Shown one piece after another: positions 48,672 through 58,690 of a stretch of DNA of 64,000 nt (the stretch's first letter is position 1; each line of letters begins with the position of its first letter). The DNA comes from Picochlorum sp. SENEW3 (taxonomy: Eukaryota): assembly GCA_034226945.1 (NCBI GenBank), contig CP120461.1:1-64000 (forward strand), read 5' to 3'. The notes under the pieces were generated by a model. The model searched no databases. It had not been told where the DNA came from and worked only from the letters and a program-made list of their open reading frames with translations. A program made the position numbers and the translations under genes.

Positions 48672-49415
48672 TTATACTGAAGAGGCTGCAGCCCATGGCT
48701 CGCTACAACAACTGCTGCCAGAAGAACTGTGGGCAGAGTCTTCTGATTCCTTCAAGCGTCCGGGGAGAGACTCCATCAGACGCGACAGGAGACCTGCCCA
48801 ACGGTGTTCTTCTCCATTCTCCATGCGCTCCTGGGCCATCACCAACTCTGCCAACAGACCAGGCGACACATGTTCTGCCTCTTGAATATCAAAAACAGCA
48901 TGGTGATGCCGTCCGCTCTCAGCATGGTATCGTGCTCTGTCTGTATATGCCATGCCCAGGTTCTTGATGCACAGTGGGTCTGTTGGATCCTGATGATACT
49001 TCCGCTTCCACTCTTCTATGGCATCACTAAACTGAACACCTCCTTCCTTGCCTTGACCAGCACAGACCTCTGTCTTCCGACAAGGTCGCACTGACGCTCT
49101 CCTCTGTCCATGATATTCCACCTTCACACCATCTTTTTCGGTGTAATATGCACTTGTCGTTGCATCGTTGCGATGCAAACCCTCGTCTTGCCCACATCTC
49201 GTGTCCCGTTGACCAGCGACACGTTTCTCATCATACGCGATCCTTTCCTCTCGATTGGAGAGTACTTCGTACGCATTTTGTAGTCTATCGAAAGAAGTGG
49301 CAGAGCCACCCTTATCTGGATGCTCGGATACGACTTTTTTCAAGTATGCTCGTCGAATGTCCCTCTGGCCAGCAGTCTCATCGACACCCAGGATATCATA
49401 TAGAGTGGTCATCAT
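48672..49415 (-). CDS. DnaJ-domain protein
   Basis: LYDILGV..HPDKGG..AYEVLS. Confidence 0.88.
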   Translation of the reverse strand: MMTTLYDILGVDETAGQRDIRRAYLKKVVSEHPDKGGSATSFDRLQNAYEVLSNREERIAYDEKRVAGQRDTRCGQDEGLHRNDATTSAYYTEKDGVKVEYHGQRRASVRPCRKTEVCAGQGKEGGVQFSDAIEEWKRKYHQDPTDPLCIKNLGMAYTDRARYHAESGRHHHAVFDIQEAEHVSPGLLAELVMAQERMENGEEHRWAGLLSRLMESLPGRLKESEDSAHSSSGSSCCSEPWAAASSV

Positions 49416-49436
49416 ACAGATTGTTAAAAAAAATGG

Positions 49437-50395
49437 CTACATTTTTGCTCCCACGACTGCATGGTCGAGAATCCAGTCAATCATCGTCTGCAGGACTTGG
49501 TCAGCCTTCTCTTCAAACAGTACTTCGTGGTATCCATCCTGTACTTCGTGAAAGGTTTTATCCGCACTGCTCACGCCTTCCATGAACGATTTGGTTGCGT
49601 TGAATACCGTCACTCTATCCGAAGTTCCGTGATGGGCGTAGATGGGCAAGGTGAAATCACCCTGTGCCGCAGCAAGTGCCTTGAACCCCTTCATTGTTTG
49701 CTCAGCTGTCCTGACTGGAAGTGGGCCTTTATAATTAAGTTCGTCATCTTCATATTCTTTAACTTTTGCAGGATCTTTGTTCATGTGCGCCGCCACAACC
49801 TTTGGCACGATTCTAGTCCTGGGGATGGCTGCAGAGAATATTTTGCTGAGCGCTGCCTGCACTCGCAACGTCATTGTCCATTCCACGTCCAAACATGGGC
49901 TACAGAGCAAGAGACCTGCATCATGAGAGCCAAGAGTGTTATGCTCAAGAAGCACAGCACGCGAGCAATAATGTGAAAAAAAAAACACGTCATACCGTTC
50001 CACTTGGACTGGTCTTTCAGACACGTCAGCGGAGCAATCATTCCTCCGAGGCTATGGCCCCCGATGAAAAAGGGTACGTCTCCCCCATACTCTTCAGTGC
50101 AGTCCTGTCTCGCCTTGTTGCACAGGTCGTCAAAGTCTGCAATCAAGCCGTCCAAACTTTCAAAATACACCCGTTGTACCCCTCCACTCTTTCCGTGTCC
50201 GTGGGCATCGCCAGAGTACACAGCAATACCATTGTCTGCCATTCTCGTGAATATGTGAGAGTACCGTCCGACATGCTCACATAAACCGTGATGAAAGCAC
50301 AGCGCTGCTTTGGGTTTGCCTGTGCCAGGCAGGTATTTGACGGTGAAGAGAGATTCTCCCCAACAACTCAGCCTCGTACTTTCCACGTATTTCAT
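49437..50395 (-). CDS. Alpha/beta hydrolase, monoacylglycerol lipase-like
   Basis: HHGLCEH, GHGKSGG, GHSLGG, HGTSD, YHEVL; one intron; start uncertain. Confidence 0.88.
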
Positions 50396-50560
50396 TCTTG
50401 CACTTCTATCTGCATACCGTCAGTATGGGAACTGGCATATACATCCGTGATCCCATGGATTCATGAATCGTATTTGGGTACCGGTACCCATCAGCAATCA
50501 ATTGGTGGTTGAACGCATTCACCTTGGCATCACAGGGTCTTGATTATTGTGTAAATAGAA

Positions 50561-51529
50561 ATGATTTGTAGGACATTGTCTTTTGTTGGGTGTCCTGAGC
50601 TGTATAGTCGGCATATGAGGTGCCGAAGTGGACGTTGCCACTCTCAACCTTTTTCTGACGGAGAGTTTGGCAAGGGGAGAGATTCTGCGGCCAACAGACT
50701 CGAGGGTATAATTAAAAGAAAGAAGGAGAAGATCCAAGCGTACTTGGATGAAATTGGTGTGGAGGAGTTGGAGAATCGTTTGCAAGATGCCCTGAAGATT
50801 GGTGCAGGGCCAACTCCTTTTGCATTCTCTCAAAAGGTCGCAGAAGTTGGTATGGTTGAAGGGAGGCCTTTGTTGATTTTTGAGGTAGGACGATCAGAAG
50901 GCGAAGGAGAATCTGTCGAGTCTGCGGAGAAGGTTGCAGAGCGAGCAGCACGTTTGGTTCAAGCTGGTGCAGACGCACTTTCCGTGAGAGTGGACGAGGA
51001 GGTGACTCCAGAGGGCGATAAGGACGCTTTTGTGGTTTGTCAGGCGTGTCGAAGTGTGCCTGTGTTTTATCGCGACTGGCTCCTGCATCCGGTGCAACTG
51101 GTCAATGCAAAATCGACAGGTTGTTCTGGGGTGCTTGGCATTGTTGCATCAGTGTCTGGGCCTAAAGGGACTCCTGTCATGTCAAGTTTTGGAAGTGCAT
51201 TAGGTCTCGATAGCCCCGTAGAAGTTGTTAATTTGGCAGAGATGAAGATGATGGCAGAGGCTAGTGTTCCTTTTTACTGCATGGATATTGGCGTTTCTCT
51301 GTCCCTGTCTGGCATTGCAGGTTTTGGGTCTGATGTGGTGCAAGGTGTTTTAGGAGAGATGCCTTTCGGGTCACTCAGTATTGTCGGACTGCGAGATATT
51401 GAAAAGGCGCGATCGGTCAGGGCCGCAGGTGCTGATGGGTTGTACATCCGTAGAGAAATTGTTGACATGTACAAAGGGGATGAAGCCTCCCTTGTGAGTC
51501 ACATAAAGAGTCTTGTTGACGGGGATTGA
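50561..51529 (+). CDS. Indole-3-glycerol phosphate synthase-like TIM-barrel protein (divergent)
   Basis: IIKRKKE, LIFEV, GADALSV..D, VPVFYRDW..PVQL, VEV, AGADG; transit-peptide-like N-terminus. Confidence 0.7.
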   Translation: MICRTLSFVGCPELYSRHMRCRSGRCHSQPFSDGEFGKGRDSAANRLEGIIKRKKEKIQAYLDEIGVEELENRLQDALKIGAGPTPFAFSQKVAEVGMVEGRPLLIFEVGRSEGEGESVESAEKVAERAARLVQAGADALSVRVDEEVTPEGDKDAFVVCQACRSVPVFYRDWLLHPVQLVNAKSTGCSGVLGIVASVSGPKGTPVMSSFGSALGLDSPVEVVNLAEMKMMAEASVPFYCMDIGVSLSLSGIAGFGSDVVQGVLGEMPFGSLSIVGLRDIEKARSVRAAGADGLYIRREIVDMYKGDEASLVSHIKSLVDGD

Positions 51530-51544
51530 TCATCCTCACATAAA

Positions 51545-52888
51545 TTATAATGCTCCTGATAATGCCGTAGCAACATGCATCAGATGCTCATCCGACCCCC
51601 TAGGCCCAACGAGGCTCATTCCTAATGGGCATGACTCCACTGTTGCCACTGGCATTGTAATCTGGGGCAATCCGGCAAGGCCAGCTATACTCGTCAGCGC
51701 GAGTGTTTTTGATCTAAAATTTCCAAGTTCATCGGCAGGTAGGCCAATCTTTGGTGCCGGGCCATAGGCTGTGGGTATGGTGAGCATTGTATTTTCCAAG
51801 AGGCTGTCAAGATGCCTTGCAATCTTGTCTCTCAAGTTGTTTGCTCGGATGTATTCTTCTTCGGTTATTTTGGAGGCCATCTCAAATCTCTCCTTGATGC
51901 CAGGGCCAAAATTAGGCTTCTTTTTCTCTATCCACGCTCCATGCGTCTTCCAAATCTCCCACCCCTGGCAAACTCGGAACACATCCACCCAACCTTCCAG
52001 GTCCAATCCTTCTACTGATGCTATGTTGACTTCCACAGGCGACCCGAGAATTGCCTTGACCCCCTCGAAATTCGAAGACAGCCTATCGTATATTGCCTTC
52101 GATGCCGATTTCGGGACGAGGTCGAATGCATCTATCCCAACTCCCCACCTGGGCAAAGGAGCATGGTATCGTGTTGAAGGGTCCAAGAGGACGTGACCCA
52201 CCCTTTCCAACAATGCCGCATCTCTGGCAAACCACCCGCCAGTATCAAAGGAGGGTGCTAGAGGACATGATTTGGAGATATCCACCCTTCCGTGAGTCGG
52301 GCGAATTCCATAGATTCCACAAAAGCTGGCTGGTATTCTCACAGATCCACCCGTGTCTCCGCCCAATCCAATGTCTGCAAGCCCTCTGGCAACTGCTGCT
52401 GCCGTGCCAGACGAGGATCCTCCAGGAATTCTGTTCGGACAAGCAGGATTCACCGGTGTTCCGTAATGATGATTCTGTCCCTCCAAGCTGTATGCCATCT
52501 CATCCATCACTGCTTTTCCAACCACCTTGCACCCTGCTTCCAACAGTCTGCTCACGGCCGGCGCAGTCTCTGTTGAAATTGGATGGCTCTCCCTCCAATC
52601 GGGACTCCCATTGCTGGTTCTATATCCCTCGATATCGTAACTATCTTTGACTACAACGGTGTATCCGGTCAAAGGGCCTTCCCCGCCCGTACCACCCAGG
52701 TCCAAATGCTCCATGAGACAGCCCCCGTCCTCACCGTTTTGCATTCCAGCAAAATGCCTCATCCTTACGTTTTTTAGCACAAACCCTGGCCTCTTCTGGA
52801 TGGTGTCGGAAACACTTTGGAGGAACTGGGTTTTGCACGGCCCTGTACTTTTCGAAATTGAATGCACCAAGCAGATGCGGATTGGCAT
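51545..52888 (-). CDS. Amidase signature family protein (AMI1-like)
   Basis: VKD, PGGSSSG, GDTGGSVRIPASFCG, RPTHG; start uncertain. Confidence 0.92.
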   Translation of the reverse strand: MPIRICLVHSISKSTGPCKTQFLQSVSDTIQKRPGFVLKNVRMRHFAGMQNGEDGGCLMEHLDLGGTGGEGPLTGYTVVVKDSYDIEGYRTSNGSPDWRESHPISTETAPAVSRLLEAGCKVVGKAVMDEMAYSLEGQNHHYGTPVNPACPNRIPGGSSSGTAAAVARGLADIGLGGDTGGSVRIPASFCGIYGIRPTHGRVDISKSCPLAPSFDTGGWFARDAALLERVGHVLLDPSTRYHAPLPRWGVGIDAFDLVPKSASKAIYDRLSSNFEGVKAILGSPVEVNIASVEGLDLEGWVDVFRVCQGWEIWKTHGAWIEKKKPNFGPGIKERFEMASKITEEEYIRANNLRDKIARHLDSLLENTMLTIPTAYGPAPKIGLPADELGNFRSKTLALTSIAGLAGLPQITMPVATVESCPLGMSLVGPRGSDEHLMHVATALSGAL

Positions 52889-52941
52889 TTTTGAACTTAA
52901 AATTAATAGATATATATATATATATGTATATATACAGGCAC

Positions 52942-53564
52942 TTAATTCCAGTACGCGGAATCCTTGTCTGGTTTACCAAGCTCCAACTTCTTACCTTCGA
53001 TGGCAATCAAACATTTGCAGCCCTGCACGGAACGATGCGTTTGATGAGGCTCAACAGTATTTCTCGACAGGTTGCCATCTATACAAGTATCACGACATCA
53101 CAGAAACTCACCGGTGGCACATGATATGTCTCCAAGGTCTTGTCATTGGCCATCTTTTGACCAGCATAAATCAACTCAATATCCTCCCATTTCTGAATGC
53201 CAGGGGTATTTCTGACTTCCTCTGGTTTATTTGATCGAGCAATTCCTCCGTTAAACAGCGCCTCCTTCACCTGTTGTGCCGTCCAATCTGGACATGCCGT
53301 GACTCTGTATCTGCACCCACCGCAGAAGAAGGCCATATGGTCCATGTCCTTCCTCCGTGGCACTGTAGGGATGCCTTCGAATGGATGATCCATGGTGGCT
53401 ATCTCCTCGAAAACATACGCTTCCTTCTCAGGAGGAATTTCTGTGTTTGTATCGCAATCCCAAGCTCCCTTTCCCAGCGACACAGACGCCCCACCGTCTT
53501 GTTGCTGCTGTCCCCCAGCGACCTCAATCTGTTGTTGCTTCTTATCTTCCACTGCCACTGCCAT
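52942..53564 (-). CDS. Small protein with C-terminal ubiquitin-like fold, unknown function
   Basis: WTAQQVKEAL..LIYAGQKMANDKTLETYHVPP plus spliced last exon GCKCLIAIE. Confidence 0.65.
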
Positions 53565-54146
53565 GATAGTATCACGTGTAGTGATTAAATTCCCTGTAAC
53601 ACTGTTTCTAGAAGGAAGGGGACTACAGCCATGAGGAGCACGGGAGTCAATCCTAACAATCCGAGTTTCTCTTCGGACACAAGCACTCACAAGTATGATC
53701 CTTCATCGAACGCGTACCTTGATGCCGAGTGATGATTTTTGATTCTAAAGTACAGGGGCAGGAGAGAATGAACCTATACTTGTCGTGTCAACCCTTTTTG
53801 ATGGTCAACGGCTATCCTTTATAGATTGATCAAGTCCGCCTATCAAGGGGATATCTTGATCGGGCATCTTTCCACGAACCTCTCACGCATTCTGATCAAC
53901 AGATGATGTCATATCGACCGTCAACAGGATCGGCAGACAAAGATTTCTATGGATGGTGATGATGAAGATTTCCAAGGGGTTCATCTGGTGTTCATCGAGC
54001 TGAAGGGAGAGGAGTGGGATGGGGGCTGCCTGCATTCAGATCTTTAGAGATCTCTAGAGATGCAGATATGGTAGGATTCATCCAAATTTCATCCGGGCAG
54101 GCGGGTTCATGCAGAGCGTGAACCAGTGTAATTGGAGTGGTTAAAA

Positions 54147-54785
54147 ATGTCTGTGTTTTGCGCATCATCGTATCATCAAAGCGTCTTGGAGACTGGCAGG
54201 CGCAGAAGGACCAGCCCTTCCATACATCGTTCAAGACTTTCTCGAGTGGGGGTGGTGCCATTCGCGCTGTTTGGCTTTGGGAATAATGAAGAAAAGAAAG
54301 AGCGGGAGAGGGAAAAGGAAGCGCAATTCAGGGCGCAACAGGAGATCTTGGCCAGGAGAAAAAACAACTCTTGGCAGCAAGGTGTGAAGGAGAGGAGGGC
54401 CAAAGCGTCGAGATATATGCAGGATCCCGAGTTTAAGAAACAGTGTGACGAAGAGAATCGGAAAAAGTTTCTTGCCAAGAAAGAAGCCGAAGGGCCTGAA
54501 CCGAAGGGGTTTGCCTTCATTGTATGTCTCTCGATTCCTGCATGTGTGTGTTTTGGTTTTCACCTTGGGGCTGCTCTGAAGACTATGTTGTGTATGTAGG
54601 TTCCTATAGCGCCGTTTGGCATGCCAGAATATGATGGAGGTGAGAGATTTGACCTCAGGTTGCCATATGTTGACAATGGATGGGTGGACGAAGATGCAGA
54701 TCCTGTGAAGCAGTTCAAACGATTTATTGGCCTTGAGAAGAAGGAGAAAAGGGACGAAAACGATGATAAGAAAAGGACAAAGTAA
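54147..54785 (+). CDS. Hypothetical plastid-targeted protein
   Basis: Transit-peptide-like N-terminus, ALFGFG, intron, PFGMPEYDGGERFDLRLPYVDNGWVDE. Confidence 0.65.
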
Positions 54786-54961
54786 GCGTTTTGTAGAGCG
54801 AAACGAATACTCAATTAATTTCGTCAATGAATGTAAGGAATTTTAATTTGTTACCAAGATGATGCGCCTTGCTGTTGCTGACTCAGCATCATGATGATCC
54901 TGCTGGGTCGAAGCCCCACGTTCCGTGTCGGAGCCCGCAGAAAAAATATTATTCGTTCAAT

Positions 54962-55435
54962 ATGTTTGCGAAAAGTGTGAATGTTCTAACAGTTAAAAGT
55001 CCAAGGCTGCCTGCGAGGTCCAATGTCCATCGACACAAAGTGATGGCCTCCACCTATTGGAGTCTCGAACCCAGGAAGGAGAAGGCCACCTTCTTTCAGA
55101 ACGTGGCCTCGACAGTCATCGATCTGACAGGGTCTATCGGAAGGAAAAGGGTTTGCTCTATCGGGGCGAAAGATTACGCGCAGAACGAGCCAATCGATTT
55201 TACCATTATCGACCATGGTGGAATCCATGTCTTGTTCGAGAGTGAATCGGACCACATCAATCCATTGGACTCCCCGTCTACTTTGTACATCACCGATGTG
55301 GATTCTACATCAGATGTATACGTCGATGGAGTCCTTGTTCCAAAGGGAAAGAGGACGAAATGCAGACCAGGAGCCCATGTGCATCTTGGAGATGCAGATT
55401 TTGTTGTTCAAAGAAACGTCGTGGCACATGCATAG
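54962..55435 (+). CDS. Small FHA-like domain protein, probably plastid-targeted
   Basis: LYITDVDSTSDVYVDG..PG..VHLG resembles the FHA C-terminal strands. Confidence 0.55.
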   Translation: MFAKSVNVLTVKSPRLPARSNVHRHKVMASTYWSLEPRKEKATFFQNVASTVIDLTGSIGRKRVCSIGAKDYAQNEPIDFTIIDHGGIHVLFESESDHINPLDSPSTLYITDVDSTSDVYVDGVLVPKGKRTKCRPGAHVHLGDADFVVQRNVVAHA

Positions 55436-55545
55436 TTTTTATCAAAGGAAATTTTCAAATATTTGTCCTTGTAAATGAAATAAGTAATATAGTAGTGTAC
55501 GTAAAAAGCAATCAAACAAAGAACCGAAGATATATTCATGTACGT

Positions 55546-56679
55546 TTAAAGTGTGAACAGGAGCAGCGATGCTGCCATCACAGCCATTCCGAGAACCACG
55601 CAATTTGTGGACCATTTATCTTTCGGATCATATCGAAGAGCCATGGGAATCAGTTCTTTGATGCTGATATACACCATCATACCAGCAACGAGAGCAAACA
55701 CAATCGCAAATGCCAAACTTGTATCGCCATACAATGCCAGATACCCCACTACTGCACCAAGGGGCTCTGACATACCGGACGCCGTGGCCCAAAAGAAGGC
55801 TTTTTTCCTAGATCCAGTTGAATAATATATGGGGAGCGCCACGCAGATGCCTTCAGGAATATTGTGCACCGCGATTGCGATTGCAATGCCGATACCAATG
55901 CTGGTATCTGACAGTGTGGCCACAAATGTTGCCAAACCTTCCGGAAAATTATGAATAAATATCGCCAAAGCTGTCAATAATCCCATTTTATGCAACGCAT
56001 GGTTGTGGGGGTCATTTTCTATCACCTGCATGACGTCCGGAGCTGTCCTTGATGTTCTCTCGCTCTCATTCTTGGCAGATTCTGCCTCTTTTTCCATCTC
56101 CTCTTCAGGATCGTGCTCGCTCAATGCCACTTTTCTGGGCGATTCACATCCTGTCATTACTGTTCTTGAGGAACTCATACTCGCGGGCAATGGTGCAACA
56201 TGCTCCATCTCTTTGGAGCTACTCTGTGCCTCCACATCCTGCTTGTGTGCTGCTTCACTCTCATGTGCTCTCTCATCGATGGCAGCAGCAACCTCCTCTT
56301 GCAACAACACAGCTTGAGTCGTGCTTGGCAAAAATTCACTCTTCCTTTTTGCCCTTCTTTCTATGAAATGCATTATCAGATGGACAATCTTATCCAAGAC
56401 AAAAATGATGACAAATCCTCCAAAAAAGGCCAAAGTGGAGTATCTGTAGGCCTCTACGTCACTGTACCCCGCCTCCTCGAATCCATCCACCGACTTGCGT
56501 AAAAAAATTTCAGCAAAAGAGACATATAACATCACACCAGCAGAAAATCCCAGCGCCCCTGCCAGAAACTTCGAGTTTGCCAGGTGGGCACAAAACACAA
56601 TGCAGGCCCCTATGGTCGTGCAGGCACCAGCTGCAGCCGCCAATCCAAACGCCAAGCCCACATTTCCTGTTGCGACCAT
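55546..56679 (-). CDS. zupT: ZIP family zinc transporter (ZupT-type)
   Basis: AGVMLYVSFAEI, HNFPEGLATF, HNIPEG, AGMMVYISIKEL. Confidence 0.93.
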   Translation of the reverse strand: MVATGNVGLAFGLAAAAGACTTIGACIVFCAHLANSKFLAGALGFSAGVMLYVSFAEIFLRKSVDGFEEAGYSDVEAYRYSTLAFFGGFVIIFVLDKIVHLIMHFIERRAKRKSEFLPSTTQAVLLQEEVAAAIDERAHESEAAHKQDVEAQSSSKEMEHVAPLPASMSSSRTVMTGCESPRKVALSEHDPEEEMEKEAESAKNESERTSRTAPDVMQVIENDPHNHALHKMGLLTALAIFIHNFPEGLATFVATLSDTSIGIGIAIAIAVHNIPEGICVALPIYYSTGSRKKAFFWATASGMSEPLGAVVGYLALYGDTSLAFAIVFALVAGMMVYISIKELIPMALRYDPKDKWSTNCVVLGMAVMAASLLLFTL

Positions 56680-57101
56680 GGTACTTCGAAGTAGAATTCT
56701 ACGTCCGTGCTCGCGCGAATGAAAAACTCTGTGCTGAGTTGAGAAGAAGACAAGCCGACGTTGCCTAGTCTGGCAGGATCACCAGCAATCGCAAATCGAT
56801 GTATTCCACTTACAAGAAGTGTGCCATATAAATAATATTGAATGCACAGCAGATCTATTGACAAGTCGAAAGGCCACTCTTCTTGAATCCCGTTGCTACA
56901 AGTAGATTTGACCGATCGGAGCTGGAGATAGACAATGCTGCGACGATTATGTTACTCACAAGTAAACAAATATTGAAGAATGATCGAGTATCGCCAATGG
57001 TTGCATATTTGTGGACCCACAAGATTGGATATGATCAAAGATCTTCAAAGATCTGTTTGAAGCATCCAAGAAAGAAAGAAAATTGATTCCTAGAAGTCCT
57101 G

Positions 57102-58076
57102 CTATTTCTCAAGGGATGACAATGCGACTGGAACAGAGGGCCCCATGGTCGTGCTTAAAGTCATCTTCAAAATGTAGCCAGGAATGCCTTGTCCCTTGAT
57201 TGCCTTTGGGCGGGCCTCGAGCACCGACCGCACGAATGCCTCAATATTCTCCTGCAATGCTTCCACCGAAAAACTCTTTTTGCCAACTCCTCCGTGAATA
57301 ATGGCTCCCTTGTCTGCTCTAAATTCTACACGTCCCTGCTTCATGGCAACCACCCCAGCAGCCACATCCTGTGTAACTGTCCCCAGCTTTGGATTGGGCA
57401 TCAAGCCCCTCGGGCCCAGGATTCTTGCAATCTTTCCCAACTTACTCATCATATCGGGTGTGGCCAAACATGCATCAAAGTTGATGGCAGAAGACCCATC
57501 TTGCTGTATTTTGGAGATGAGGGCATCGTCCCCAATGACATCAGCCCCTGCCTCTCGTGCAGCCCCTTGAGCGACGTCTTGCACTGTGAATACACAGACT
57601 CTGACCTTTTTACCAGTTCCATGCGGCAATGATGCCATTCCGCGGACCATTTGATCACCCCTTCTGGGATCAACGCTGGTATTCAGGGCAACTTCAACAG
57701 TCTCATCAAACTTTCTCTGCTTCCTCTGAGAAGTGTCAGTCTCCTTCATCTCCTGAATGGCTTCTAAAAGGGGTAAAGGTTGCCTGTGGCGCTCTGGACG
57801 CACCCTTGGAGGAATGTATCGGGGGAGAGGTAACCCATTCAAAGTCCTAATGCTCTGCTCGACCAGAGGCTGGGCATCGTGACTGCTGTTGCCTCCCGCA
57901 GAACTAAACCACCGCTTCGGACCACCTTGCGCTAAAAGATTCTCTACAATATTATATGTCAAATTATGGCTGATTGAGTCGCCATCAGTGTGGCCTGAGG
58001 CGATTGTCGCGCAGACTCGTGTTTCTAGTTGCAGCAATTGCTGCAGTGAAGGGCGACGCAGTCGCAGGGATGCCAT
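57102..58076 (-). CDS. rplA: Organellar (mitochondrial) ribosomal protein L1
   Basis: KFDETVE, LPHGTGK, LGPRGLMPNPK, STTMGPS; mitochondrial-type presequence. Confidence 0.93.
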   Translation of the reverse strand: MASLRLRRPSLQQLLQLETRVCATIASGHTDGDSISHNLTYNIVENLLAQGGPKRWFSSAGGNSSHDAQPLVEQSIRTLNGLPLPRYIPPRVRPERHRQPLPLLEAIQEMKETDTSQRKQRKFDETVEVALNTSVDPRRGDQMVRGMASLPHGTGKKVRVCVFTVQDVAQGAAREAGADVIGDDALISKIQQDGSSAINFDACLATPDMMSKLGKIARILGPRGLMPNPKLGTVTQDVAAGVVAMKQGRVEFRADKGAIIHGGVGKKSFSVEALQENIEAFVRSVLEARPKAIKGQGIPGYILKMTLSTTMGPSVPVALSSLEK

Positions 58077-58690
58077 ATCTGCAACTTTACAGTATTTTAG
58101 CGATGTATGACGCCATGGAGTGTATCGAGTTCAACATCACCCCGATCAGTGACAACACTGATGTGCGACGTCGCAACTGCCCTATTTAAGGAAAATCGAG
58201 GACGTCCTCGGTCGACCGGGAATTACAAATTGATTGCAATTGCAATTTTTGCAAAAATTGAAGAGGACGCGGGCATCACCCATTTTCGATACGTCAACAT
58301 CTATGCATGTAGATGATTTTCGGTTTACAAGCAAGAAATTAATATTCATGATAGCCATATATTGTGATCGGTAGAGCCGTGTCTGGCGTTTGAAATATGT
58401 CATCTGCGGTTTTGAAAATGGTGTAAATGACGCGTGACCGACGTCGATGTATGTTCTGGGCGTATAAAAATTCTATGTAATACGCCATTGAAAATATACG
58501 TTGTGAAAACGTACTCGTTGCCCACGTGTATCAATACGCCATCGTAGAAATACTCTCTATTACACATCTGTAAAATACGCGTATCATACAAAAGCGTGCT
58601 GCAGGCGTCTTCTGACGCCTTCGAACAGCATCGTTTCAAGACTGTACCCACACATGTGGTGGGCTACATAAAATACTATATAGGAGCACC

